IMG/VR virus record: IMGVR_UViG_3300009095_001812 | Location: 120,990-184,989 of that record | Strand: one strand, 5' to 3' | Origin: a virus | Lineage: Duplodnaviria; Heunggongvirae; Uroviricota; Caudoviricetes | Length of the DNA: 64,000 nucleotides | Part shown: positions 8,836 to 18,532 of the stretch, in pieces | How the letters are laid out: each line of letters begins with the position of its first letter | Position numbering within the stretch: position 1 is the stretch's first letter | The notes under the pieces: generated by a model | What the model saw: only the letters and a program-made list of their open reading frames with translations | What the model was told of the DNA's origin: nothing | Databases searched by the model: none | Position numbers and translations under genes: made by a program

Positions 8836-8893
8836 TGTATCAGATATGATACACTAAGCCTCAAAAACGCTTCAATGTATCAGATATGATACA
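8836..8893. promoter_or_regulatory. Two identical 18-bp palindromes, an operator-like pair
   Basis: TGTATCAGATATGATACA occurs at 8836-8853 and again at 8876-8893 (7-bp inverted arms), with centres 40 bp apart. The second copy contains the ATG of the gene at 8886. Confidence 0.5.
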
Positions 8894-9110
8894 AAAGGAA
8901 TTTATGCTTAGAATGAAAAATGCACTTACAGATACTTACGTTGCCATCGAAACTCTTGTTCTAGATACGATTGATGAAATAGATAACAAAGAGATGTATC
9001 ACGTTTCTATTCATCCTTTTGAACTACAAAGAAAAGATAACACACCAATACCAGCAGATGTTTTAACTAAGGTTCAAAACCTATGGACTATAAAAAAAAT
9101 ATCCTTATAG
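8886..9110 (+). CDS. Hypothetical protein
   Basis: 74-aa ORF whose start codon lies inside the operator-like palindrome. Confidence 0.5.
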   Translation: MIQKEFMLRMKNALTDTYVAIETLVLDTIDEIDNKEMYHVSIHPFELQRKDNTPIPADVLTKVQNLWTIKKISL

Positions 9111-9652
9111 ATGTTGATGGTGTATTAGCTAACTTTGATCAAACGTTCATAAACGTTGCAAAGAATATGTTTGGTATCAACGTTGTACAGCATCCTGACA
9201 TTTGGGATTTTTGTGAGTTTCCAGAAATAAAGCCATACAAAGATCAGATAATGAATGACATAATTCATATTCCAGGTATCGTTGGAAATATGGAAGTCTA
9301 CGATGGCGCAAAGGAAATGGTACAAGCCTTGAGAAGTAAGGCGAACGTTATCGCTTGTACAGATTCTGCTTACCCAGGTATCTTTGCAACAGAGCGTGTC
9401 ATCTGGTTAATGGAAGAATTCAACTTCAAAAAAGAAGATATCATATTCTCTGGTAGAAAATATCTTATTAATGCCCGGATGCTTATTGATGATAAACCAT
9501 CTAATGTTGAAAAGTGGGTAAGACACAATCCGAATGGGGTTGGTGTATTGTGGCACCCAGCTACAAGAGAATACAAGTTAGAAGTTGATAAATCTTTAGA
9601 ATACAAAATATTAAAAACATCTGATTACCAAGATATTCTCAAATTCTTTTAA
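9083..9652 (+). CDS. HAD-family 5'(3')-deoxyribonucleotidase (NT5C-like)
   Basis: 189 aa. N-terminal ILIDVDGVLANF (DxDGV) motif and size typical of T4-like phage nucleotidases. Confidence 0.65.
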   Translation: MDYKKNILIDVDGVLANFDQTFINVAKNMFGINVVQHPDIWDFCEFPEIKPYKDQIMNDIIHIPGIVGNMEVYDGAKEMVQALRSKANVIACTDSAYPGIFATERVIWLMEEFNFKKEDIIFSGRKYLINARMLIDDKPSNVEKWVRHNPNGVGVLWHPATREYKLEVDKSLEYKILKTSDYQDILKFF

Positions 9653-9656
9653 AATA

Positions 9657-10460
9657 TTGGTATATCTTGTTAGTATGGAAAAAGATGTAATTATTTCAGT
9701 ACTTGCATGTGGTGGAAAGATGTCTTGCCGCAAGCAGGCTGTTGAATTTGAAAATCCTCCGTCGATTATTAATATCAACTCTTCAACAGGAGCGTCTGTA
9801 GGAACTGGTACAGCTAAGGGCTTTCGAGATCTGGCGAGAGATTTGAAATCAAACGGATCTATACTTGCACCCTTATTCAGATCACAAAATATCAAACCAA
9901 GAAGGGTTTGTCTTATTTCATATCTGTACGGCTGGAGCTTCATTCATGAGATTCTAAAGACCGAGGATTACAAGCACATAGACACCATCATTGTGCTTGA
10001 AGGGCTCAATACGCGAAGCTTAAATCCATGGATTCGATACGCTAACAATGGACGGCTCTGGATGGCTCAAACAGAGATGCCTCACAAAATAGCTTCTTCC
10101 AAATCCACAGCTAAAGCTATAACTTGCAATTTTATCAATGAGAGGATTGTAGATTTTCCCAGTGTGACTGATGTGGCTTTAGAGAAACCAATTTCTATCT
10201 ATTCTAAATTAGAAAATCCAAAAACCAAAATCTTTCAAGAAGATCCACTGATTAAAACTCAAAGTTTGGTAACTAGAAGTGTTTCATGTTTACAATACAA
10301 AGGTAAACAAGTTCAGGATCAAACGTACATTCAACAATATGTTCAACCAAGACTTTGGAAAGCTCTAAAAGAACAATGGAAAGATCCTAGTGGAATAGTC
10401 TTTAATCATTATCCTACAAGACCTAAATCTGAAAGATGTGATAGATACAGCTGGTATTAA
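9657..10460 (+). CDS. Hypothetical protein
   Basis: 267-aa ORF. Confidence 0.55.
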   Translation: MVYLVSMEKDVIISVLACGGKMSCRKQAVEFENPPSIININSSTGASVGTGTAKGFRDLARDLKSNGSILAPLFRSQNIKPRRVCLISYLYGWSFIHEILKTEDYKHIDTIIVLEGLNTRSLNPWIRYANNGRLWMAQTEMPHKIASSKSTAKAITCNFINERIVDFPSVTDVALEKPISIYSKLENPKTKIFQEDPLIKTQSLVTRSVSCLQYKGKQVQDQTYIQQYVQPRLWKALKEQWKDPSGIVFNHYPTRPKSERCDRYSWY

Positions 10461-10474
10461 TATAGTATTCTTGT

Positions 10475-11254
10475 ATGAGTAATACAAGAATTTGGGCAAC
10501 AGATAAAGATTCATTTGATATTGGTTGTAGAGTTGTAAAGTGGGATGATAAGAATGGTATCTCATTTATTAAATCTTACAAATATCACAATACTCAAGCC
10601 AAAGATCTAGCCGAATTACAGAAGCACATCAAGCAGTTCACTGTTCATTGGAGTGGTACCTATAGAGCATCTCACATGGCAAATGGTCTTGCGGCTCGTG
10701 GGCTTTCTGTGAACTTCATGATCGATGATGATTGTGATGACGAGGGATACGCAACCATTTATCAATGTCTACCAATCTCGAAGCTTGGGTATTCTCAAGG
10801 TTCTCATACAAATGGAGTTTCATTTAATCGTCTTGGACCTGGTGTAGAGGTTTCTTATCAACCAGCACGATATGAAGAAGATTGGTATGACCCAAATGAT
10901 CGTAAAAAGTGGAACGTACCTCTACACGATTCGATAAAGGCTAAGATTCACGGAACAACACTCACTGTTCATTTACCAACAGAGGCGCAGATGAAATCCT
11001 TGAGTTCGTTGACTTGGGGAATCTCTCAGTTATTTCCGGACATGCCAATGAAATTTCCAAGGGACTCTAAAGGTGAAGTCCTTACCACGGTTCTCAAAGA
11101 CCCTGTTGGATACGAGGGTATCTGTGGTCACTTCCATCTGAAACGTGGTAAGATTGATCCTGCTGGCATTGACTTCAAGCGCATCGAGTCTGATGTCGAT
11201 GAGATGAAGGCAACAGGATACAATATATTTAGGGTCGCATCATTCATAGGTTGA
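10475..11254 (+). CDS. N-acetylmuramoyl-L-alanine amidase (amidase_2 / PGRP / T7-lysozyme-like)
   Basis: 259 aa. VHWSGT, GSHTNG..SFN and GHFHL..KIDPAG resemble T7 lysozyme motifs (VHCSAT, GSHAKG, AHHEV). Confidence 0.6.
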   Translation: MSNTRIWATDKDSFDIGCRVVKWDDKNGISFIKSYKYHNTQAKDLAELQKHIKQFTVHWSGTYRASHMANGLAARGLSVNFMIDDDCDDEGYATIYQCLPISKLGYSQGSHTNGVSFNRLGPGVEVSYQPARYEEDWYDPNDRKKWNVPLHDSIKAKIHGTTLTVHLPTEAQMKSLSSLTWGISQLFPDMPMKFPRDSKGEVLTTVLKDPVGYEGICGHFHLKRGKIDPAGIDFKRIESDVDEMKATGYNIFRVASFIG

Positions 11255-11407
11255 TGGATACCTTTTAGGATCTACAGCATCAACAGTAGGAACTCCAGCC
11301 TTCGCAAACATGCGAGCTACAGTTGATTTTCCAGAACCAATTCCACCAGTTAAAGCAAATACATTATGATGCAGCTCTTCGCTGCTGGGCTTGTTGAGTG
11401 CGTTCAT
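11240..11407 (-). CDS. P-loop NTPase N-terminal fragment (dephospho-CoA-kinase-like), possible pseudogene
   Basis: 55-aa ORF MNALNKPSSEELHHNVFALTGGIGSGKSTVARMF... The start overlaps the end of 11364..12155 in another frame. The Walker A motif is present but the protein is far too short for a kinase. Confidence 0.3.
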   Translation of the reverse strand: MNALNKPSSEELHHNVFALTGGIGSGKSTVARMFAKAGVPTVDAVDPKRYPSTYE

Positions 11408-12155
11408 AAATTATCCTAAGGTTTTCTGTCAAATCATTGGCCCGTTCTTCTGTTATTGGACCTAGTCTAGCAGAACCCATACTTCTAACAACACTTTGTT
11501 TTAGAGGTTGTATATTAGTTATATTCGATATCTTCCAAAACTCTTCAGGATTGGTTTCTAGAAGAAGTTTCTGAATCAGCATCAAGTCATACATTGGAAG
11601 AGGTTCGTGATCTTTGAATACGATACAAAAAGATTTAGTAACAACACCATTCTCGACAAGTCTAACGTTGTTACAAGCTCCTTCTGTTATAAGATATTCA
11701 TTACCATCTTTACCAATGACAGTAAATTCTTTACAATGTTTTAGTTCAAGAATTTGATTTCTTGTTAGATGTTTATGTAAAAGAATCTTTGCTCTTTTTA
11801 TAGCCGGCCCCTTATCTCTTCGCTCTCTAATCCTATATCTTTCAAACATCTGATTGAAACTATTGTACAAGACATACATGTCTTGAGCATCCAGATGTCT
11901 GATGTCAGTGATTGGAATTTTTACTTCCAGTTCCTCTTCTCCACACCCACACGTAAAGCCCCAGCAGCGCTCTCTGGGCCAGCTCTGAGCGCGGAACGTG
12001 CGATGCCCCTCATGCTCTGAGACCAAGTTACAAAAGTAGTCTGCGCGAGCGATACGGGCAGCAATATAAGCTGCGTGAACGGCAGCCCGCACATTCCTTG
12101 AAACGTTGGTTTCAAGATGAGGTAAAGGTCTTTCTTCCATTCTAATGAGTGGCAT
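11364..12155 (-). CDS. Hypothetical protein
   Basis: 263-aa ORF, first gene of the long minus-strand block. Confidence 0.55.
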   Translation of the reverse strand: MPLIRMEERPLPHLETNVSRNVRAAVHAAYIAARIARADYFCNLVSEHEGHRTFRAQSWPRERCWGFTCGCGEEELEVKIPITDIRHLDAQDMYVLYNSFNQMFERYRIRERRDKGPAIKRAKILLHKHLTRNQILELKHCKEFTVIGKDGNEYLITEGACNNVRLVENGVVTKSFCIVFKDHEPLPMYDLMLIQKLLLETNPEEFWKISNITNIQPLKQSVVRSMGSARLGPITEERANDLTENLRIIYERTQQAQQRRAAS

Positions 12156-12655
12156 TAGTCGTGCTCGTATTCTTCAATTTTGAAACCTTTTTTGGAAGCA
12201 ATCACTTTGACATGATCACCAAAGACTGACTCGAAAATTTCATCAAGAGAAAATGCCTCAATGATATCTTTTGAGTCATCAACTAGAGCTTGCTCTTCTG
12301 GAGTTTTATTTTTTTTACGCTTTAAAGCATATAAATAACACTGTTTATATGTATCAGCGAAAGGATCTTCTGTGTACTCTTCTTCTTTTGAGTACCTAAA
12401 GAATTCTTTTCGAATTTCAGGATCCATGATGCTGAGTTTTTTAGGATGAATTTTGAAATGTGGAGATCCTACAGAAAACGTACATGCCTCTCCATCATTG
12501 AAGTATGGGGTATATTGTGTCCACACAATACCTTTGATTTCCGGATGTTTCTCAAAGAAAATAGAAAAAACTTCTTTTAGAGCGGACTTGCCATTCTCTT
12601 CCATTTCTTTTTTGATAGCTTGGTATTTAGCCTTGAGTTCTGCAATCTTTGTCAT
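12155..12655 (-). CDS. Hypothetical protein
   Basis: 166-aa ORF with a stop/start overlap. Confidence 0.55.
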   Translation of the reverse strand: MTKIAELKAKYQAIKKEMEENGKSALKEVFSIFFEKHPEIKGIVWTQYTPYFNDGEACTFSVGSPHFKIHPKKLSIMDPEIRKEFFRYSKEEEYTEDPFADTYKQCYLYALKRKKNKTPEEQALVDDSKDIIEAFSLDEIFESVFGDHVKVIASKKGFKIEEYEHD

Positions 12656-12658
12656 GAT

Positions 12659-13009
12659 TCAATCTATTGGTATAAATTTGGTTTTGCCACGTTTACGACC
12701 AGAGCCAAACATCCAGTCCTGAGTAGGAATGTGTTTCAGCCAATGATCAACTCTTGGGATAAATCCCATATCTTCGATGATGTGTTGTTCTGCAATATCT
12801 CTAGTAGAAATTTCTCTACCATTTGATATTTTTATGGATGTTCCAAAAACTCTCTCAACAAGGAAGAAAGCAGAATGCAAAATAGCCCTATGGCGAATGT
12901 CAGGCATGCACTGTTTAGAAGAGTCTATAAAGTCATGAATAGCTTGATAGTCCTCCGCCTTACCACCCCATCTTCTGACAGAATTATTTGCATGAATTAA
13001 AGGCTTCAT
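12659..13009 (-). CDS. Hypothetical protein
   Basis: 116-aa ORF. Confidence 0.5.
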   Translation of the reverse strand: MKPLIHANNSVRRWGGKAEDYQAIHDFIDSSKQCMPDIRHRAILHSAFFLVERVFGTSIKISNGREISTRDIAEQHIIEDMGFIPRVDHWLKHIPTQDWMFGSGRKRGKTKFIPID

Positions 13010-13044
13010 GAATAAATAAATCCCTGCGCTTAAGCGCAGGGATT

Positions 13045-13710
13045 TTAGTTATGGGCTCTGATGTTTGCTATTTGCAAGAACTGATCGTGAGATTCAGGAT
13101 CTTCAAGCATAAGCTTCTGAACGAGCATTGCATCTCCTTCAGGAACACTCACTCTTGGATGAGCACAGATAGTTTTTAGAACCTTGCCGCTTGAAGGATC
13201 AACCTCATTGATATTCTGAGCAATCCCGCGCCTGATTCTATAATGTTTAATCTGGCCTTCTTTTGAGATAGATTGAAGAGAGAAATATCCTTTCTCTGCA
13301 AGCTCCGCTCTCTGTTGTTCAGAAAGAGATTCTTGTAATAGAAGCTCAGCTCTTTCTCTTGCAATTGCTCTCTCACCCTCAATCCGAATTCTTTCAGCTT
13401 GATTTCTTTGTCTCGCCTCTTCGGATCGACGCACATCTTCGGCAGATGCTTGAACAATTCTTGAATGATCTCGAACCCAACCAGTCCAGATAATACTTGT
13501 AGTGTTAGAAGAAGTAGCCGAAGGGATTGAAGTAGCCGAACAGGTTACAGATCCAGCTGTACCCCTAACCCAGATAGGCCAAGGATCTGTGATGGCAGTA
13601 ATGGACGATGATGTTATATAATCATTGTTCCATTGTGTCCAAGTAACAGAAACAGAGGCTTTAGATCCTGAAGAGCTTGAAGTATATGTTTGCATATTTA
13701 TCCCCCACAA
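13045..13710 (-). CDS. Hypothetical protein with a Ser/Thr-rich N-terminus and a charged coiled-coil (ER-rich) segment
   Basis: 221-aa ORF. Confidence 0.5.
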   Translation of the reverse strand: MWGINMQTYTSSSSGSKASVSVTWTQWNNDYITSSSITAITDPWPIWVRGTAGSVTCSATSIPSATSSNTTSIIWTGWVRDHSRIVQASAEDVRRSEEARQRNQAERIRIEGERAIARERAELLLQESLSEQQRAELAEKGYFSLQSISKEGQIKHYRIRRGIAQNINEVDPSSGKVLKTICAHPRVSVPEGDAMLVQKLMLEDPESHDQFLQIANIRAHN

Positions 13711-13973
13711 AGCGGAGGGCTGAATATATATCTTTCTTCTTTCGGATCGAATTCACGAACCTGTTCACCCTTATCTCCCTTGTCATTGACTTTGAATGCG
13801 AGATACTTCTTTTCTTTTACAAGAGTATTAAAGAGTACTTTTGCAGCTTCTATTTCTGCTTGATTGTTCTTATCCCAAATATGCTTTGAGTCACCTTCAA
13901 TACCCATCACTGCAAAAGCTCCAAATCCAAGAGGTACGTCCTTGAAGCTTCCTTTGATAATCTGTAAATCCAT
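13698..13973 (-). CDS. Hypothetical protein
   Basis: 91-aa ORF. Confidence 0.45.
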   Translation of the reverse strand: MDLQIIKGSFKDVPLGFGAFAVMGIEGDSKHIWDKNNQAEIEAAKVLFNTLVKEKKYLAFKVNDKGDKGEQVREFDPKEERYIFSPPLCGG

Positions 13974-14022
13974 AATGTATTTCCTTTCGGGTTTTCGATA
14001 ATAGCACTTAAAATAAAAAACG

Positions 14023-14445
14023 TCAATACACCTTGCATTTTTCGCAAAGCGTTTTCATCCACGATTTTTTGGCAGCCATTTTACCGGGCTCTCCACACAT
14101 TTCACAAATGGTAAAAGATTTCTCCTCAGCTTCATGAATAAGAGCGTTGATTTTTTTCATGAATGATTCATCAGAATTTTCAAAATCTACGTAATATCTG
14201 AGACCCCCAAATTTTTCTTTTATCTGAGCAACAGTTACGCTTGGCTTTGTTTTATCATTACCTTCTAGACCTAGCTTGTCTACTTCTGTAGAGATATCAG
14301 AGCACAAACGATTTATTAAAGGCCACCAACCATAGTCACAATAAAACCCACAGTATGGTTCACCTTTAGGAAACATCTGTGGATACTTTTGGTAAAACTC
14401 TGATTGTTGTCTTTCTTTGTAGATTTTGTAATCTTCGTCGTTCAT
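14023..14445 (-). CDS. Hypothetical protein with a C-terminal zinc ribbon
   Basis: 140 aa with CEMCGEP...CEKC. The start region carries a 14-bp tandem duplication. Confidence 0.5.
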   Translation of the reverse strand: MNDEDYKIYKERQQSEFYQKYPQMFPKGEPYCGFYCDYGWWPLINRLCSDISTEVDKLGLEGNDKTKPSVTVAQIKEKFGGLRYYVDFENSDESFMKKINALIHEAEEKSFTICEMCGEPGKMAAKKSWMKTLCEKCKVY

Positions 14446-14544
14446 TTTCGTCGTTCATTTTACCACGGGTTTCTACATGTCGTAGTATTTGAAGCCCCAC
14501 GCGGCTATTATTTTTATCCAAAATACTTAATAGTGATCAGCAAA

Positions 14545-14718
14545 TCATCTTACCCTCGTAGCCCAATCTTCCCCGGTAAGAAATGTCATATCTCTAACTA
14601 TTTTTGCACATTCTTTAGACCATGCTCTCGAAGCTTCGAGAATTTCTTTTCTCATCTCTTCAGTAACTTCGGAAGGTGGTGGTAAATTCTTTACCAATTT
14701 CGGTTTATCATCATTCAT
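14545..14718 (-). CDS. Small hypothetical protein (57 aa)
   Basis: ATGAATGATGA-type overlap with the stop of the gene at 14711..15025. Confidence 0.3.
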   Translation of the reverse strand: MNDDKPKLVKNLPPPSEVTEEMRKEILEASRAWSKECAKIVRDMTFLTGEDWATRVR

Positions 14719-15025
14719 CTATACCTAAAAGCTTCATTCGCTCTACAAGAACTCGGGAAGTATATGCACTTGAAGGAGAGTTTCCTTCAATCCAATGCTC
14801 TATTAGTGATATCGAGACTTCCAAAAACTCAGATAGAATATCTAAATTTCCACCGAGTTTTGCAATAGCCTTATTGAGAACGAATACAAACTCTTCTTTA
14901 GTAAGGTGTCCTTCGAAAATGTTCTTTGAACAAATTTCACAGTACCCAAGGGTTCCTGGACCTACACAACCTTTGATAAATTCATTCTTACATGATAAAC
15001 ATATTATTTTTCTTGGAGCGATCAT
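14711..15025 (-). CDS. Hypothetical Cys-rich protein
   Basis: 104 aa with CLSCKNEF..CEIC. Confidence 0.5.
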   Translation of the reverse strand: MIAPRKIICLSCKNEFIKGCVGPGTLGYCEICSKNIFEGHLTKEEFVFVLNKAIAKLGGNLDILSEFLEVSISLIEHWIEGNSPSSAYTSRVLVERMKLLGIDE

Positions 15026-15469
15026 TCAGCCAATAAGAGTTATATCTAAATCATATGATATTGCCATTATGCAATGAGCACCATCTTCAAAATTAAAACA
15101 AATAACTGTAATACAATCAGTTTCAGGTACAACTTTTTTCATTGTATCAATAACTTGTCCAAAGTCTGATGATTGTAGACGATTATATATCTTTGGGATA
15201 TGATAATAATTATCCCCATCGGGAGCCTTGATAAAAAGATTGTTTTGATCTATATTCGTTATACCAAATATACCATTGGGGTACTGAACACGAATTTGTT
15301 TATGTTTATGTTCAAGTGATAAATGTATTGTTTTGATTCTTGGATATTGATTATCACCAGATAATGTTACCGCTGGGGTTTCTATAAAACCAGCATTGGC
15401 TTGATTGGGAACCAACCAACCAATAAAAGGAATAGATGATATGAGCGCGATGAATTCTTTTCTGTTCAT
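15026..15469 (-). CDS. Secreted/periplasmic hypothetical protein
   Basis: 147 aa with an N-terminal signal-peptide-like hydrophobic stretch. Confidence 0.5.
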   Translation of the reverse strand: MNRKEFIALISSIPFIGWLVPNQANAGFIETPAVTLSGDNQYPRIKTIHLSLEHKHKQIRVQYPNGIFGITNIDQNNLFIKAPDGDNYYHIPKIYNRLQSSDFGQVIDTMKKVVPETDCITVICFNFEDGAHCIMAISYDLDITLIG

Positions 15470-15783
15470 AATTCTTTTTCCTCATTCTGGTATTGAGCCT
15501 TTACAGCTTTACCATATATGATTTTGGTCCAACCATTTTCAAATCCGTGATTGTTTGCAATCATGTATTTTCCATCGGAGTCTATCTTTGTAATTTTGTG
15601 AGCGTCGATATATCGACCCTTTACCTTACAGAAAACGATATCTCCAATTTCATATTTTTCTTGTTTGATAAAAGTAAGCAATGAACCAGATTTGAGAATT
15701 GGAACCATTGAGGATCCAAAACATTTCATTTGCCCAGAGCCGGTTGCTGCTAACTTTATCTTCAAAGCTTCATATTTGCTCAT
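15466..15783 (-). CDS. Hypothetical protein
   Basis: 105-aa ORF. Confidence 0.5.
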   Translation of the reverse strand: MSKYEALKIKLAATGSGQMKCFGSSMVPILKSGSLLTFIKQEKYEIGDIVFCKVKGRYIDAHKITKIDSDGKYMIANNHGFENGWTKIIYGKAVKAQYQNEEKEL

Positions 15784-16307
15784 TACGCAGTTAGACCTAA
15801 AAGCTCTCTCCCTTTATCATGAGAACCTTGTGTAAGCGCCATTGCATCAGGTCCAGCAAGCTTTCTGAACGTTGCTTCGTGAACAAGCTCATCCTTTAGA
15901 ATGCGCTGAAAAATTTTACGAATATCCTCAGGAGCCTCATCATCATCTGCAATGACTTTTATACGCTCAAGGCGCATTGCCTCTGCGTGGGCTCCAACAG
16001 CAGCACCGGTTTCAAAGGAGTCAATGTAAGGAAGAGTTTGTTTCCAATATTTCTCCTCTGCGTTATCAATATCTGGAGTTATGTCCCGAGCAATCAATAA
16101 GTCCAGAACCCAGATAGCATGCATCTGTTCTTGATTAGCAATCACCATCAAATTACGAATTACATTCGTATCATTTGAGTACTGATGAGCAAACCTAGTG
16201 ATTCTATTGGCGGCTGTAATCTCACCCCTGTATTGCTTGACAAGCCAATCTGTTAGAAGAGCTGGGTCTTTCTTTACTTCAGTCCACCATTCTTGTGATG
16301 TCTTCAT
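15783..16307 (-). CDS. Ferritin-like diiron-carboxylate protein (two ExxH motifs)
   Basis: 174 aa. NQEQMHAIW and KDELVHEATF give two ExxH motifs spaced as in ferritin-like or MiaE-like four-helix bundles. Confidence 0.45.
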   Translation of the reverse strand: MKTSQEWWTEVKKDPALLTDWLVKQYRGEITAANRITRFAHQYSNDTNVIRNLMVIANQEQMHAIWVLDLLIARDITPDIDNAEEKYWKQTLPYIDSFETGAAVGAHAEAMRLERIKVIADDDEAPEDIRKIFQRILKDELVHEATFRKLAGPDAMALTQGSHDKGRELLGLTA

Positions 16308-16323
16308 AATAATATTCTTTCTG

Positions 16324-16411
16324 CGGAAGAGGAGGGGATCGAACCCCCAAGTCTGTTAAGATCGTCACCTTTCCAAGGTGATGCCGTCGCCTGCCCTCGG
16401 CTAGCCCTTCC
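16324..16411 (-). tRNA. tRNA-Ser (anticodon GGA), type II with a long variable arm
   Basis: Acceptor GGAAGGG / CTCTTCC with a G-U pair. Anticodon loop TTGGAAA, 17-nt variable arm, T-loop TTCGATC, discriminator G. Confidence 0.8.
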
Positions 16412-16416
16412 GAATT

Positions 16417-16584
16417 TTACAAACCAAGTTCGCTAGGGCTCAAATCTTCAGAGGAAACTTTTCCTCTTTTAATTACTGTATCATCAGGATCTTTACCATC
16501 CTTGATCTTTGAACCAGCTGGAATGGTTACGTCATTTTGTTTGATAACCTTTCCTTCCATTTTATCTTCGCCTGTTTTATTCAT
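16417..16584 (-). CDS. Small hypothetical protein (55 aa)
   Basis: ATG-initiated ORF between tRNA-Ser and the next gene. Confidence 0.3.
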   Translation of the reverse strand: MNKTGEDKMEGKVIKQNDVTIPAGSKIKDGKDPDDTVIKRGKVSSEDLSPSELGL

Positions 16585-16592
16585 ATAATTTC

Positions 16593-16793
16593 CTATTTGG
16601 ATTCTGAATATTTGTCGGCGGCACTTGATAGAGTTGAGAAATCTTCTTCTGTAGGATCTCTCAATTTATTTCCATCAATTACATGTATCAGTCGAACCTT
16701 TTGCCATCCACAATCATATTCAGATGCAGCGCGGCTTAGAGAGAAGATTCTCTTTTCACCATCTATATCCAAAATATACTTTATCTCTGACAT
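16593..16793 (-). CDS. Small hypothetical protein
   Basis: 66-aa ORF. Confidence 0.4.
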   Translation of the reverse strand: MSEIKYILDIDGEKRIFSLSRAASEYDCGWQKVRLIHVIDGNKLRDPTEEDFSTLSSAADKYSESK

Positions 16794-16802
16794 AATACGG
16801 TA

Positions 16803-17411
16803 TTATTCCCTCATCCAATGAGTTACCATTTCAACCAGTTGATCTAGATTTTCCGCAGGATATAATTTGTGCTCTTTGTATAGGAGCCAGTCTAAATATT
16901 CGTATTCTGTAGATGATGCGCGCCCGTAAAATACACGCTCAGCTTTATGCCACGCCCCAAACTCCAAAGAACTCTGAGGCGTTATGGTTCCGGGAGGATA
17001 CCAGAAAAGGATAACGGAGGCAACGGAAATGGCCATGTGCTGCCATTGGAAAATAGCGTCCTTTGGAAGCTTGTTGAAGCCACCCTTCAACTGATTTTTA
17101 GTTTCAGGAATGAAGAATGACACAGGGCTTTTTGTCTCTTCAAACTTCTTCATGATATCAAGTCTCCATGACTTGCCCTTTGGATTTCTCGGACCTCCAA
17201 GATAAACGCTTCCGAGACCATATTCCCAATCTTCTTCCATGAAATCTTGACCAAGATAGAACCGTTTGTTCATGGAACTGAATGGTTTCCAGGGAGCAAC
17301 CTCGACCAAAAATAAAGGGGAAATGAAATTTTCATTTCCCCTTCTGAAGATATTTGGTTTTTTAGGAGATGAAAATTCATCTCCCTTTTGAAGAGCTTTG
17401 GCTTTGGGCAT
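16803..17411 (-). CDS. Hypothetical protein (start reassigned to an internal Met)
   Basis: The tracked ORF 16803..17576 overlaps the upstream gene by 200 nt. The Met at MPKAKALQKG (17411) has an AGGA RBS and cuts the overlap to 35 nt. Confidence 0.5.
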   Translation of the reverse strand: MPKAKALQKGDEFSSPKKPNIFRRGNENFISPLFLVEVAPWKPFSSMNKRFYLGQDFMEEDWEYGLGSVYLGGPRNPKGKSWRLDIMKKFEETKSPVSFFIPETKNQLKGGFNKLPKDAIFQWQHMAISVASVILFWYPPGTITPQSSLEFGAWHKAERVFYGRASSTEYEYLDWLLYKEHKLYPAENLDQLVEMVTHWMRE

Positions 17412-18429
17412 GTTCCTGAACCGCTGCGAGAGCAGCTCTACCGGACTGAGCTTCCATTGCCGCAACTGCGACCTCTTTGACTTCTGTATCTTTCTTGTCG
17501 AGAGCTTCACGCAACTTCTGAATCTCTTTATCCCTGTCTTGTAACAGAGACTTGAGAATCTTGTTGTCGTGATCAAGCAATTTCATAGCGGACTCAAATT
17601 CAAGTCCCCTGATCTTTGCATTATTCTCAAAATCAGACTTGACCTTTGCGGTGATAATTGCAACGTCTTTTTTGACGGCCGCATCAACGATCTGATCGAA
17701 GTTATCGAGCTTGTCTTTGTTTTCTGCAATAGCGGACTCAGCTTTTTTCAAAGAATCTTCACGTTCTCTCCACGCCTTTTCCAAAGACTCTTCAGTCTCT
17801 CTCTGCTCACGTTGTCGCTGAGCAACAGTAGATTTCCAAACTTCCTCTTCGTTTCTACGCTTTATGCTTTTGTTATATTCGTATTCCTCTTCTTCACGCT
17901 TACGCTCTTTGGCTAAGAAGGTATCCCTCTCAGCGAGAAGAGCTTTATGATCGGCCTGCTCTTTAAGCCAATCATTACGAGTTGCGTTTATGTTCTTCTC
18001 CCAATCAGCTTTGTAGGCTTCATTCTTAAGAACAAGATCGCGAAGAGAAGATGCGACAGTTTCCTTGTCGAACAACTCTTCCAACTCTTCCTTCTTGGTT
18101 TCGATAGCTTCGCGAATTGTATCAAGCGCTGATATTTCAGACTCAAACAATTCGCGAACACCGTTGAGTGTCTTGGTTATATCAAGACCCGCCTTGGTGA
18201 GGCTTTGTGTCACTTTTTCAATTGTGATATTTGCGGAATCAGATACTGCTTTGGCTTTACGTATTGTACGAACCCGAGTAACGGCTTCATCTTCTGGCTC
18301 AGTGCCGAGAACTGAAGATGTTACTTCGTCAACAGTTTTAGTAGAGCGATGTGTTGTGCGTTTTGTTGTTTTTTTAGCTGCCATATTTATCCTTTTATCG
18401 TCTATTTCGTTGTCCCAAACCAGGAACAT
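17377..18429 (-). CDS. Highly charged coiled-coil protein with a basic N-terminal tail
   Basis: 350 aa. N-terminus MAAKKTTKRTTHRSTK, then long E/K/R-rich heptad repeats. Confidence 0.55.
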   Translation of the reverse strand: MFLVWDNEIDDKRINMAAKKTTKRTTHRSTKTVDEVTSSVLGTEPEDEAVTRVRTIRKAKAVSDSANITIEKVTQSLTKAGLDITKTLNGVRELFESEISALDTIREAIETKKEELEELFDKETVASSLRDLVLKNEAYKADWEKNINATRNDWLKEQADHKALLAERDTFLAKERKREEEEYEYNKSIKRRNEEEVWKSTVAQRQREQRETEESLEKAWREREDSLKKAESAIAENKDKLDNFDQIVDAAVKKDVAIITAKVKSDFENNAKIRGLEFESAMKLLDHDNKILKSLLQDRDKEIQKLREALDKKDTEVKEVAVAAMEAQSGRAALAAVQEHAQSQSSSKGR

Positions 18430-18532
18430 ATTAGACTATTTAAATGTTTGATTTTACAGATTTAAAGCGGCAAAAACCGCTACTGTATATATAACAAGAC
18501 TCTACCAAAACTTGACAGTTTGGTTATTTTTT

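Noticed and set aside
8836-8893. Possible CRISPR array
   Set aside because: Only two copies of the 18-bp palindrome, with no further repeat-spacer units and no cas genes. It was called an operator pair instead.
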